This document shows positions 39,806 through 50,879 of a stretch of DNA of 64,000 nt, piece by piece. The DNA lies in the NCBI GenBank assembly GCA_028534125.1, contig CM052818.1, forward strand, positions 19,842,001 through 19,906,000, written 5' to 3'. The translations under genes were made by a program, and so were the position numbers. A model generated the notes under the pieces. It did no database searches. It had not been told where the DNA came from and saw only the letters and a program-made list of their open reading frames with translations. Source of the stretch: Lama glama. Lineage: Eukaryota. Each line of letters begins with the position of its first letter. Positions within the stretch are counted from its first letter, which is position 1.

Positions 39806-40651
39806 CAACTAACATATAAGATGGAAAGAAAACAGTATGACAACTGAGAGCTGGAGTACTAGGAGAAATTCCATGGAGGAAGAAATAACCTTGGCTTAGG
39901 GAAATCCAGGAAAGCTCTGTGGGGAAGGCAACAGAGAGGGTTTGTGGCAACTGGACTGTGAAGAAAGAGAAGAAAAAAGGATCAAGGTAAACTAAATAAA
40001 GGACACATCCTGGGGAAATGCATGGAAAACTCAGGATACCTACTGGCAGGCAAAATAGTTAGGTTTGGCTGAAGAGTAATGAAGGTAGGGTTAGTGAAAA
40101 TGAAGTTAAAAAAATAAGCTGAGGCCTCATCGTGGAGGGTCGTCTTGAATGCCAGGTTCCAAATATAGAAATTTCAAATTATTATCTGCATCCTGATTAT
40201 TAAAAATAACCATCCATGGTCATTCTTTCACTTAATATAAAAACTGTGACTCAAACTCATGAGTGTCTATGTTCAAAGTTTTATATTACGGGGATATAAA
40301 CAAAATGGACCATGTTAATTAGACAATAGTCAGGATAAGAGGAATGGAAACTTTGTCACAGAAGGGCCAGACATGTTTAGCGTTTGGAAAAGGGATTTGA
40401 GGGATATGACAGCGCTTTTAAAACATACAACCAGTGTTGTTAGGTCAAAACAATCATAAGATATTTTCTGGAAATATCAAGGGTTGGCATCAGAATCAGT
40501 GGATGGCAACCATAAAGAGGAAAGACTTTTCGAAGAGCCAGTGAAATTTACAAAGACAGCTTCTGAGGTGGTGAGATTCTTCTACCCCTCTGCCTCAACA
40601 CTCTAGGTATTTATGCAAAGGACTTTTAAGCCATTGGATGGGATACTGACT

Positions 40652-40901
40652 TAGGTTTGTTGGATAAAATAGGACACTAGACAAATTTAAATTTCATTAA
40701 ATTTGAATGAATATTTTTTAGTAAAAAATGTCCTAAAAGTGCGTGCTTTGGGACAAAGTACTTACAGTAGAAAGGGGCAGCAAACAGGGTCAAGTCTCAA
40801 ATACTGGGTGGGACATACTTAAACTAAAAATCACTCGCTGTTTACCTGAAATTCAAATTTAACTGGGCGTCCCACTTTTATTTGCTAAATCTAGCAACCC
40901 C
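40652..40901. mobile_element. MER53-like palindromic hAT MITE in CRIPT intron 1
   Basis: 'ctgaaattcaaatttaactgggcgtcc...tatttgctaaatctagcaaccc' with a complementary left arm 'ggacactagacaaatttaaatttca'. Confidence 0.8.
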
Positions 40902-41221
40902 AGACGCTGTGGAAGTTACTTTTAAGATCCATTCCAACCCTGAGGGTCTGTGACGCGAGGGTGCCAGGCAAGTTGTATGGCACGAGACCCGGGGTTGAGA
41001 GGAAGCAACAGAAATAAGCGGTGCAAAACTGAGACCACCCTGAATGCAACAAATAAAAGGCTATACGGTCGCTGGGGAGAGGCGGGGACTGTCAAAGGGC
41101 AGACCGGGTAGAATCAGAGACCTGTGTCGGAAGGAAAAACAAAGAAAGGGCAAAGTTCTAGCAGAACTCCAGTTAGTTTCTCCCAGCCTCCTTCTCCCAC
41201 AGAAGAGTCTCCTTAACTCAC

Positions 41222-41237
41222 ATTTTTCGCACACCAT
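41222..41237 (-). CDS. CRIPT: CRIPT coding exon 1 (MVCEK); cysteine-rich PDZ-binding protein
   Basis: aggATGG start, 16 nt, gtgagt donor; the exons sum to 16+66+55+104+65 = 306 nt = 101 aa plus stop, matching human CRIPT as recalled. Confidence 0.97.
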
Positions 41238-41479
41238 CCTTCCGCGACGATTCTCTCAGCGGCAGGAGGAGAGGCAGTGGTAAAACATCAACGCCGCAGC
41301 CAGGGAAGAACTCTCCTTCCGGGTTAAGAAAAATCCACTTCCGGCCTCTACGCCCCATGCCCCGCCCACCCTACACCTGGTAAGCGGCGGGAGGAATAAA
41401 CGCGAGCGGGAAGGCGGGGCTGCCTTCTTGGCCCGCCTCACCTTCTGCAATTGGCTATGAGGCCTTGGGTCCTGCGCCT

Positions 41480-41560
41480 GCGCGAGAGTCAGGGCGGCGA
41501 GTAGCACCTGATGGTAGGAGGTGGTAACCGTCCCTTCCCTTCCGCTGGCGGGAGCTTTAG
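41480..41560 (+). other. PIGF: PIGF exon 1 (5' UTR; start approximate)
   Basis: Strong donor TAG|GTAAGC at 41561 inside the CpG island; the TSS cannot be read from sequence. Confidence 0.75.
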
Positions 41561-43404
41561 GTAAGCCCAGCCGGACGTTCCCGGCACGCGAGCCTCCCGG
41601 GGCTGCAAGCCACCTCCCTCAACTGCCCAACTTGCTGGGAATCGCTGTCCCGGTCCGTCCACTCCCGCCGGCCCCTCCAGCGCCACCCTTCGGGCGAGAC
41701 CCAGGGACTTCCCTGATACCTGGCCCTCTTTTGGATCCGACTTTATGCGTCTGTCCCTCCGTTTCTATTGATCTCCACGCCTGTGCTCTTTGACTATGCT
41801 TCTCAACTCGTCCCTCGTTGTTCACATCCCGGCCGACTGAGGCTTGGGAAGAGTCCCTAGCGACCCAGTTTGGGATGCCTCGGCAGATTAAGGTCCTGCG
41901 ACTCCTGCGAAGGCTCCTCCAGGAGCCGCCCAGAAGGGCCTTCTCTGCCGCTGCAAGTCATGAGGACCCAGGCCAGGTCAGACCGCGGACACCGGGGTCC
42001 TGGCCATCCTCGGGGGCACCTGCCGGGAGTCCTGGGCTCGCCAGGGCCTAACACAGGGCTAATTTCTCAGGAAAGGCAACACGGGACCCAGTCTTCGTTT
42101 GTTCATTCGTTCATTCATTCATTCAGCAAGCATTTGAGTTTGGGTACCACTCACTGTCTTGGGTCCAAATCTGCTCCTGTCAGTTGGGATTCTGAGGGTG
42201 GCCCAGAAAAATATCTAAAGGAGTGTCTATTGAGAGAATGTATTCTGGATTCCCCGCCCCGCCCCTCAGCTGAAGATGGGACCATTTCCTTTTTCCTTTC
42301 TTGCCACTCATTCTCTTCTGGACCCCCTAGTGTGTATCTTTATATCAAAGAGGCTAGACTTTGAAATGGCTTTTGCATTTGGGAGCTTGGGACCTTGAAG
42401 TGTTTCCTAATCTGCCCTAGCTTGTTTCCTTATCGGTAAAGTATTTGCCTTTGAAAAGGATAGAGTGAATTAAACGAGAGTGTTAAGATAAGGCTTGGAT
42501 TCGCCCTTTTGCCCTAGTAGGAGCCCTGTGTGTGGCTATAAAATATATACCTTTTTTTTCTGGAATATTCACCACAGTATAACATGTGGACTATTACTTT
42601 AATAAGGTCCTTACTTAACAGTCAATACTATGTATAAGCTCTCTGTTAGGTAATTTATAAATACATGCATACATAAAATACGTGTTTTGGACAGAAAGAG
42701 ACAGTAAATATTTTTCCTCCTTTTATTCATGCTCTACTTTTGGACTCTAGCACCTGTAACCTTGTCATTTTGGTGTTTTTTGTTGTTGTTGTTGTTGTTG
42801 TTGTTTTAAGCACTGGGCTCCTTTAGTTTAGCATAATGTTCTTTATATGATCTTGATAACACTGGCCACCATTTGAGTATTCCAGTGTGCGCCTGGCATC
42901 ACTTGGTGTATGCTAGAAGACATGAACTACTGTGATGTTAGACAAGGGACCACCATGATAAAAAGTGCCAACAATTCAGCCAAAGTGTATTCATGGGGTT
43001 TCTAGAATACATAGCTTATAGTACCAACAGGACAAATCATTAACCCATGTGGTTTTTTTTTTTTTCACCTCTGATTTTGGGAAAAAAAGAAAAAAAAATG
43101 AATTACTTAATTAGACCTAGCACATGACCGTTTTGCAGAAACTAGTTACAGATATTTAAGAAATTAGTAGATTTGTCCTTTTTTTAGGCTCTGAGAGCTG
43201 TTTGTACCATGTTAGTCTACATGTGTATTTACACATATGCATCTTCCTGTATTCCAAACTAAGACATTATTGCCCATAGAAAATTGACTTTGGTTCATGG
43301 CCTCTTTTTAGACACTGGAGCATTTAGGACAATGGAAAAAGTCATTATTGCCTGTGCTCTTTTCTTAATTTGTTTTTCATTAGAAAGCCACTCAAGAAAA
43401 CACC

Positions 43405-43632
43405 ATGAAAGACACTGACATCAAGAGACTACTGTATGCCCATCTTGTATGCATATTTTCAATTATCCTAAGCATCTTCATTCCATCATTCTTCTTGGAG
43501 AACTTCTCAATATTGGAAACACACTTAACATGGTTGTGCATCTGTTCTGTTTTTGTAACTGCCGTCAATTTAATATTATATTTAGTAGGGAAACCAAACA
43601 CATCTTCTAAAAGAAGTTCATTATCGTACAAG
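43405..43632 (+). CDS. PIGF: PIGF exon 2 coding part (aa 1-76); GPI anchor biosynthesis class F protein
   Basis: Acceptor TAG at 43381-43383, accATG, MKDTDIKRLLYAHLVCIFSIILS...KRSSLSYK, donor AAG|GTAAGG. Confidence 0.98.
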
Positions 43633-44780
43633 GTAAGGCTAATTTCTTGATAACTGATTTTTATATATACGTGATATTTCTTTTACTGGAAGAATAAAGT
43701 GTTAGTCAAGTACTTATTGGGTTATTTACAGTGAATAAAGGACCTGATTTTTTTCCTCCCAAATCAGTAGCCTATTGCTTGCTAGAAGACTGCCTACAAT
43801 GTGTGATAGAGTCTTGCCATGCATTAATTGGATATCATAGCATTGTGAATGTATATAGTCATGTTTTTTGTTATCATTGAAGATGAATGTTTGTAACAAT
43901 CACATCTTTAAATCTTATTTTATAAGACATTTCAGTTTATTTTCATTTATCTTTTGCATTTCTGAAAGACACAGTGGGTTTTTCAGAAATTATGAAATAA
44001 GCCTCCTTGTTAGCTTTTGTTTCAAACGTGGCCTTCCTTGACTGAACAGTAAAGTTTTCAGAAATTGGAATCTATTTTCTGGAATATTCACTCCAGGGTA
44101 ACACTTGATTTTTACTTTAAATTAATAAAGTCCCCACTTAACATTATTCAGTACTCTTGTATTCTATTAGGTAATTTAAAACACTTTTGCTACCCTGTGA
44201 TTTAAAAAGCTCAATGTGTGTTTTATAATTAGGTCTTATTGAGCTCCAAATCAAGTCCCACGTAATGATTTGCAGACATGCAGGTCTTTTTTCATATGGA
44301 TCATATAGTAACATGAATATGATTTGGGAGATTATTTAACATTGTGCTTTTTTTTTTGGTCCAATTTTCCTAGAAGTTTTGTTTTAAAATTAAAAAATTA
44401 CTATAGTCATTATTTTCTGTAAGTATTTCATGTATTATTACAAAATAAGAACTGTTTGGGGGGGGTTTGTATCCTAGCACTCTGTTATTGGTAAATATTT
44501 CATAAATACTGGTTAACAACATAGTTCAGTATATAGTATAGAAACAGAAACGTTTTCTGACTCTACTGTTGGTTGGATGTGTGAGATATGGGGGTTAATA
44601 CTTGTAGGCTTTTTTACAGGGCTGTGCAAAGAATATGTGATCTGACTTCAGGAGCAAATCCCAAGAGTATTCATCTATGTTATGCATTATGGGAATAACT
44701 TTTATTTGTAGACAAAATCAAAGCATTTGCTGTTCACTAGATATTCTCTTAACTCTTTAAATTATTCATTTCTTTTTTAG

Positions 44781-44872
44781 GTAACTAGACTTTTGAAATG
44801 CTATATCTACTTTCTTATGTCTTGTTTCTCCTTTCATGTAATTTTTGTTCTATATGGAGCACCACTAACAGA
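44781..44872 (+). CDS. PIGF: PIGF exon 3 (VTRLLKCYIYFLMSCFSFHVIFVLYGAPLTE)
   Basis: ttttttag acceptor, gtaagt donor, 92 nt, family motif YGAPL. Confidence 0.97.
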
Positions 44873-45481
44873 GTAAGTTTGAAACTTTTACCTTAAGGCA
44901 ATTGTATTTTAAAACAGTCATTTATTAAATCAAATGCTAATTCTGTTGGTGATTAGAGAAAAAAACACTATGTGTTTAATTAATGGATCATGGAAGGATA
45001 CTGACATCATTGCCCTTCCTTGGCAGTGTTATTCTTTTAAGAGACAGTGGAATAACTTAATTCATTAAATGCTCCTAATACCTAGCCTTCTATTACTCAA
45101 CTACATAAAGGAGGGAGGTAGATGAGAAACTACTACGCCAATAAGTCTGTGGCCCTTAGAACCTCTAAGGAAATTGACTATAAGTTAGTTATAAGTAGCA
45201 TATCAGTTCCTAGTAAATGAGATTCTGAAGTGCTTGAAAAGAGTTTGTTTTCTTAAGGAAAGGGAGTTGATTCTTGTATTTAATTATGTAATGAGCTAAT
45301 GTTTCTAGTTTAAAGGTAAAATTTAAGCGAACACCTTTTCAAAACTGAACAATTTTAAATTAATGAAAGCTAAATTCATGAATATGTCTTATGCGATATT
45401 CATTATAGTTTGGGAAACTTTAAGTGGTTAATAATCATGGTAAAATGAGTGATGTGATACACAGCCATGTGTATAGTTTTA

Positions 45482-45514
<33 letters not shown>

Positions 45515-45646
45515 TTATACATGGTTACATACGCACACACTAAATTAACAGGTAATTATTTTCTAGAGAGGGGGAGGACAAGACCTTTGTAATGGGAAGT
45601 GGCAGTTTCTGTCCAATCCATTTTAAAGTAGAATGAATGTCTGGAG

Positions 45647-45802
45647 CAGTGATTCTCAAAGTGGGTTCTAAAACTGGCAGCATCAGTGTTTTATCAAAGT
45701 GCAGATTCTTAGGACTTAGAAACTTCAGGCGTAGGGTTCCCCCAACCTTCAGTTTATCCAGCTCTCCAACTGGTTCTGATGTAACCTAAATTTGAACCAC
45801 TG
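45647..45802. mobile_element. MER5A-like hAT MITE
   Basis: cagtgattctcaaagtg / tttgaaccactg termini. Confidence 0.7.
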
Positions 45803-46115
45803 GTTGCAGAGAAAGTTCCAGAGAATATTGAGGAAAAAGTTAGTGATCGAGAAATAGCGTTTCTTGCAATGGACAGTCTTTGTGTAAATCATAGGGCATT
45901 TAACACTTTTGAACTCTATTGTTAAACCAGATATTTGCTAGATCATTTTTTATAGCTTGCATTTCAGTAGTAACATTTTTTATAGTTATCATTTCGATAG
46001 AAGTCATATTACCTTTCAAAGTATAAGAAAATATTTTTATATTAAATCTAGTTAAATAAAATGTGTACATGCACCTTTAACACTTAAAAAGTTAATACAG
46101 TGTCTTTTTCCCTAG

Positions 46116-46232
46116 GTTGGTGTTGGAAACATTTTCACTTGCAGTTCTTTTATCTACTTTTACTACTGTACCTTGTTTATGTTTGTTAGGACCAAACTTC
46201 AAAGCATGGCTAAGAGTTTTCAGTAGAAATGG
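46116..46232 (+). CDS. PIGF: PIGF exon 4 (LVLETFSLAVLLSTFTTVPCLCLLGPNFKAWLRVFSRNG)
   Basis: ccctag acceptor, gtaagt donor, 117 nt. Confidence 0.97.
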
Positions 46233-47595
46233 GTAAGTTTTAATTTTCTATCCTAGTAATGTTTGAAATTTTAAAAAACTAGTGATGTACTTTTCTACTC
46301 ATGACAGCTTGCTGATTGTTCCTTGAGTGTTTCTCAGCACTGTATGGTTCTCAGAGATGCCTAAAGGGCCCACTGCAGCTGGGGACCAGGGCCAGGAAAG
46401 GGTGGTACGCACTTGAGGGGACCCAAGCAGGCGGAATATAGGCCCCTCCCTTCACTTCAGCAAGATCAACTTTGCTTTTTTTCTGTATGGTAGAATTCCA
46501 CTTAGCCTTTTGCTTGAAAAGGGTTTCTGCTACCAAAAGAAAGCTTTGAAAACCACACCTCAGGGATAATTTATCACTGTGATAAAATTGCTACAGATAA
46601 AATTGCTCCCATACATCTTAAAATGTAGAATTGGGGTTCACCATCCAAAAATGTTTACTGTAACAACCATAATTTCTTGTTTGGCGTCTTTCATGGAGAG
46701 ATATCTGAGTGCAAATTTTTACAGGATTTTATTCCCTTAAGCAGCTGTATATATTTTCAGCGTGGCTAAGTAAAAATTTAGCATCTTGAAAGGCATTGAA
46801 ATTACTTGTATCAGAAATAGTTGAGGCATAACTCAGAAAACTAGAAAATTACTTGGTGCACATGATTTTGTCCTATTTATCACCCAGCAGCAGAAACATC
46901 TTGAGCCCTTAACTCTGTGCTTTATGTTGTACAAGCTCCGGGTAGAGTCTGAAGTACTAGCTGTGATTCTCTCCCTGAGGAGCTTGGATATTCAAGGGAC
47001 AAGGATGAAATGAGCAAACAACCTAAGACTAAAATTGTGTAAATCAGACAGTAAATGTTTCAGGAACTCAGTAGGGTCCACTGAAGAGGAGACCACTGAA
47101 GAATGAGCTGAAGGAGGGGATGACCTATGAAGGATCAGGAGTAAGAGATTTGGTGAGACTTAAGGGGAAAGAGGAGACACCTGTTCTAGGGGAATGAATG
47201 AAACCTTAGAAATGGAAATGAATGTAGTATTCTTGTGTGATTTGGAAGAGAACGGCCCAAGTAGAGCAGAGGATGCTTGCCAGGTAGCTAGGCTCCATAA
47301 ATTACTGTCTTTTCCCTTTTGAAATGCATACTGTTTGTTCCCCTTCAGAACCATCTTCTGGTGTTCATCAGGTCTCTTGAAAACAAAAGTATCATCGTCA
47401 AACACTTTTTCCCACGTTGTTACGATGGCATCCCGAATGGCATTAATTTCTTTTAGAATTTAGTTTGAAAATTTTAAACAGTGAAAATCAGTTGAAACCT
47501 TATTGGTTTGGATTGGTGATTTATCCAGCTTTGAATTCTGTTTCTGATGATAGCATTAATGGTGTATTTGGGGGAGATACTGTCATCTGATTCTA

Positions 47596-47992
47596 TAGTC
47601 AGTTCTGCTATAAGATGGTGTGTGCATTCCTAAAAATCCCTGCATTGTGCAAAATCAGGCAATAGAAAACACAGAGCTTATGGGAAAGATGGGATTAGGC
47701 CATGACACTCAAAACCTTCATCAGTAACACATTTAAAAAGGTAGGAACTTAATAAAAAATAGTAGGACAGCTTAATACATGTTAAATGGTTAAGAAATAC
47801 ATAAATATTATAATAAATATGATACTTTTCCTTGGAAAAAACCTGAAATCTGCTTCTGGAAGTAGATGTGGGAAGGGTTGCCTCTTGCAAGTTATCATGA
47901 AGTGGCAAATGAGAGTTGTTGGAAAGTTAAGACAGAAGTGGAGGGTGTGGCTCATACACACCAAGGGAACTGAGATAGCTGGGAGATGGGTT
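47596..47992. mobile_element. TcMar-Tigger (Tigger13a-like) fragment
   Basis: 'agtcagttctgctataag...cattcctaaaaatc...gcaaaatc...agagcttatgggaaagatgggattagg'. Confidence 0.55.
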
Positions 47993-47994
47993 TT

Positions 47995-48480
47995 TTAAAT
48001 AGTCTTGAGATATAATTCAAATACCGTGCACGTCACCTTTGTAACATACAATTCAGTGTGGACATGTACCACATTTTGTTTATCCATTCATCAATCGATG
48101 GACATCAGGGTTTTCACTTTTTACTGTTTTGAATAAGTTGCCATAAGCATTTGTGTTCGGGTTTTTATGCGGACATATTTTTTTTTTTTCACTTGAATCT
48201 ATGCCAGGGAGTGAAATTGTTGGGTCATATGGTAACTCCATGTTTAATCATTTGAAGAGCTGCCAAGACTTTTCCAGTGTGACTGCACCATTTTACATGT
48301 CCTCAGCAGTATGTGAGGGCTCCAATTCCCCTACATCCTCACCAACAGTTGTTATTATCTGACTATTTGAGTATTGCCATCCTAATGGGTGTAAAGTGTT
48401 ACCTCTTTGTGTTTTTGTTTGCATTTCCCTGCTGACTAATGAGGTCAAGCGCTTTTTCATGTTCCTATTGAGCACTGTAA
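47995..48480 (-). mobile_element. L1MB-like 3' fragment
   Basis: 'ccacattttgtttatccattcatcaatcgatggacat...attgttgggtcatatggtaactccatgtttaa'; ORF 48293-48475 resembles the ORF2 end. Confidence 0.8.
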
Positions 48481-50879
48481 TGTATACATACAGATATCAA
48501 ATTATAATGCTGTATACCTGAAACTTAGAACTTTTTCAAGTTAGGCCTGTAGCAGGAAGCTGTTAGATTTCTCTGATGCCACCTAAACTTCAGTAGACTG
48601 CAAAAATATCCTTCTCAAATCTCTAATAACAGATTATTCCAGATTTTTTTTTTAAAGAGGGCTATTTTAAAGAAACTTGAAGGTGTAAAAGTCATATAGT
48701 TTTCTAAAAAATTCTGCCAACTTCTTTTTGGTGTATTTTATTACTGAATATACTCAATTTGTACTAGTTTACTTCAATTTGTTGCTTTGGTGTTATAATT
48801 ATCGTGGGGTTTCTTTCTCCCATTTGTTGACTTTCTTATGAATGCAGATGATAATCTGACTACCTTAGTCCTACAGTTTTCATTGAAGTTTGCTTTTTTA
48901 TTTATCAGTTATTTTATGCTATTGTTTGATGTTTAAGTGAGAACCTGATCACTTTTAGTGAAATGAAAAAAACTGAATTTCTCAATAGTTTCCTGAATCT
49001 ATAGTTATCTTGCCAAAGTGAAGACAGCCTGTATGACCTATTTGTGTAGCAAAGATAGCAGGCCGCTTTTTGCCATCTTTGTATTGAAATGGATTTTATA
49101 TTGAAAAAAGCACTGCGGACATTAAGAGTAGAAGGATGGTGAATGACCAAAAATTTATACATATAAAAATTAGGTAATTTAGCCTTAATGAGAGCACAAA
49201 AATTTAGTGGCCAAGAGGCATTCGTTTTAATATTTATTCAGTGGGTAAAGGGAAAAGTTTATATAAGAATTCTGCAAAATATCTTTAGCCACTAGGAGGA
49301 GTTATTTGGTGTCTCTTTTTTAGATGAAGAGATCAACAGCTAAAAAGATCAGCTCCATCTAAATAAGCACTGCCTAGCTGAGTCATAATGTTTACTGAAA
49401 ACTGTCTCAGGTACCTGATACAGTGTCTGACACAGAGATAGTAGGCATTCAAAATGGTCTATTTATTTCAATTAAGATTTGATATAATGAATTTCAGTGG
49501 AGTCAAATAGTGTAGATAGTTACTTAGAACTCATTGTCATGAAGATTATCTGTAATGTTGCTTTGGTCACTTTTAAGTTTGTTCACAGAATAGTGAACTG
49601 TTTACTCTATTTTCAATCCTCTTGATTATGTGTACATTCCTTAACTATGAAGAAATTAGCCATTAACTATAGAATTCAGATGGTTTTATTATGGCAATTT
49701 ATAAAATGAGAATATGTCAGTCAGTGCTGCTATAAATCAGTGAATAAAAAGGAATTTTTTTGTTTATTCCAAAAGAATATGTATTATAAAAATTCAAGTA
49801 ATAGAAAAATATTGAAGAATGCTATGTAAAGAGCAGCCGCTACCATCAGATTTTATGTATTCTAATTTTATCTGTGCAAAAACATATGTAGTTTAAAAAC
49901 AAAAATGGTTATACTAGTCACTGCTTTATAACTTGCTTTTTTTTTTCACTTATTGGGAATGTCTTTCATTGTATGTGTGTATAATCTACCTCTCCTTGCA
50001 TAGTATCCTTATTTTATCTTCATCTATAAGTAATGGAAGACTTCAGCTTATACTGGGTTGAGCAATAAGGAAATTGATGATCTCACACAATAGAGGTTGT
50101 GTGGTTCTAGATACAGACAGTCAAGTTGTGGCTGTACTTCTTACTGGTTCTCCTGGTTCTTATCCTCAGGCTGGTACCGAGATGGCAGCAGCTTCTCTTC
50201 CTTCAGTCTTCCTAAACTAGTCACTGGGAGAGAGAATGGGATCGGCATGATTTAATTAGTCTAATCATCAGAGATGAGATGAATGTTGGGCAGTTAGCCA
50301 TCATTATAAGTATTCCGTGTACCACGATTTATTAACTAATTTCCTATTGAGGGTTATTATCAGATCTTCATGATTATAAATAATGTTATGAACATCTTTG
50401 TACCTTATAATTTTGTATGCTTGTGCAGGGAGTTCTGTATACCAGATTTCTGGAGTAGAATTCCTAAGTCAAAAAAAGTTGATAAACATTGCCAAACTAA
50501 AGTTCTAATTTGAAATATATGTATGTTTTATATATATATATATATATATATCACACACACACACACTCAACACAGTGCCAGTTTCCCCAAATCCCCATCA
50601 GTGCTGTTTATACTTTTTATCAGCCTACCAGGGCTGCTGCCTACTGGACTCTGCCAAGGAGGCAGACTGTGCTATAGTAGTTTAATCTGATTTCTAATGG
50701 GATGCATAAGCCCTAGTCAGAAGTTTTTTAAAGTTTAATTTATGGAACCACCATTTATTAAATTTCAGCTGAATATTACTGATTAAATCACAAAGATAGC
50801 ATTTCCCTTACCCTAGCTATCTGCCTCTATTCTCTCCTTCTGCCTCATGTCACAGGAAATTTGATAGAAAATAACAGCC

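Larger units (their letters stand above)
41040..42060. promoter_or_regulatory. CpG island / bidirectional CRIPT-PIGF promoter
   Basis: Sharp GC and CpG rise; ETS/GABPA ACTTCCGG 41337-41344; GC boxes ~41361 and ~41413; ATTGG 41450-41454; NRF1-like TGCGCCTGCGCG 41473-41484; no TATA box. Confidence 0.9.

Noticed and set aside
41489..42364. Several 65-164 aa ORFs over the CpG island
   Set aside because: Stop-poor GC-rich sequence crossing the PIGF exon 1 donor; no coding signature
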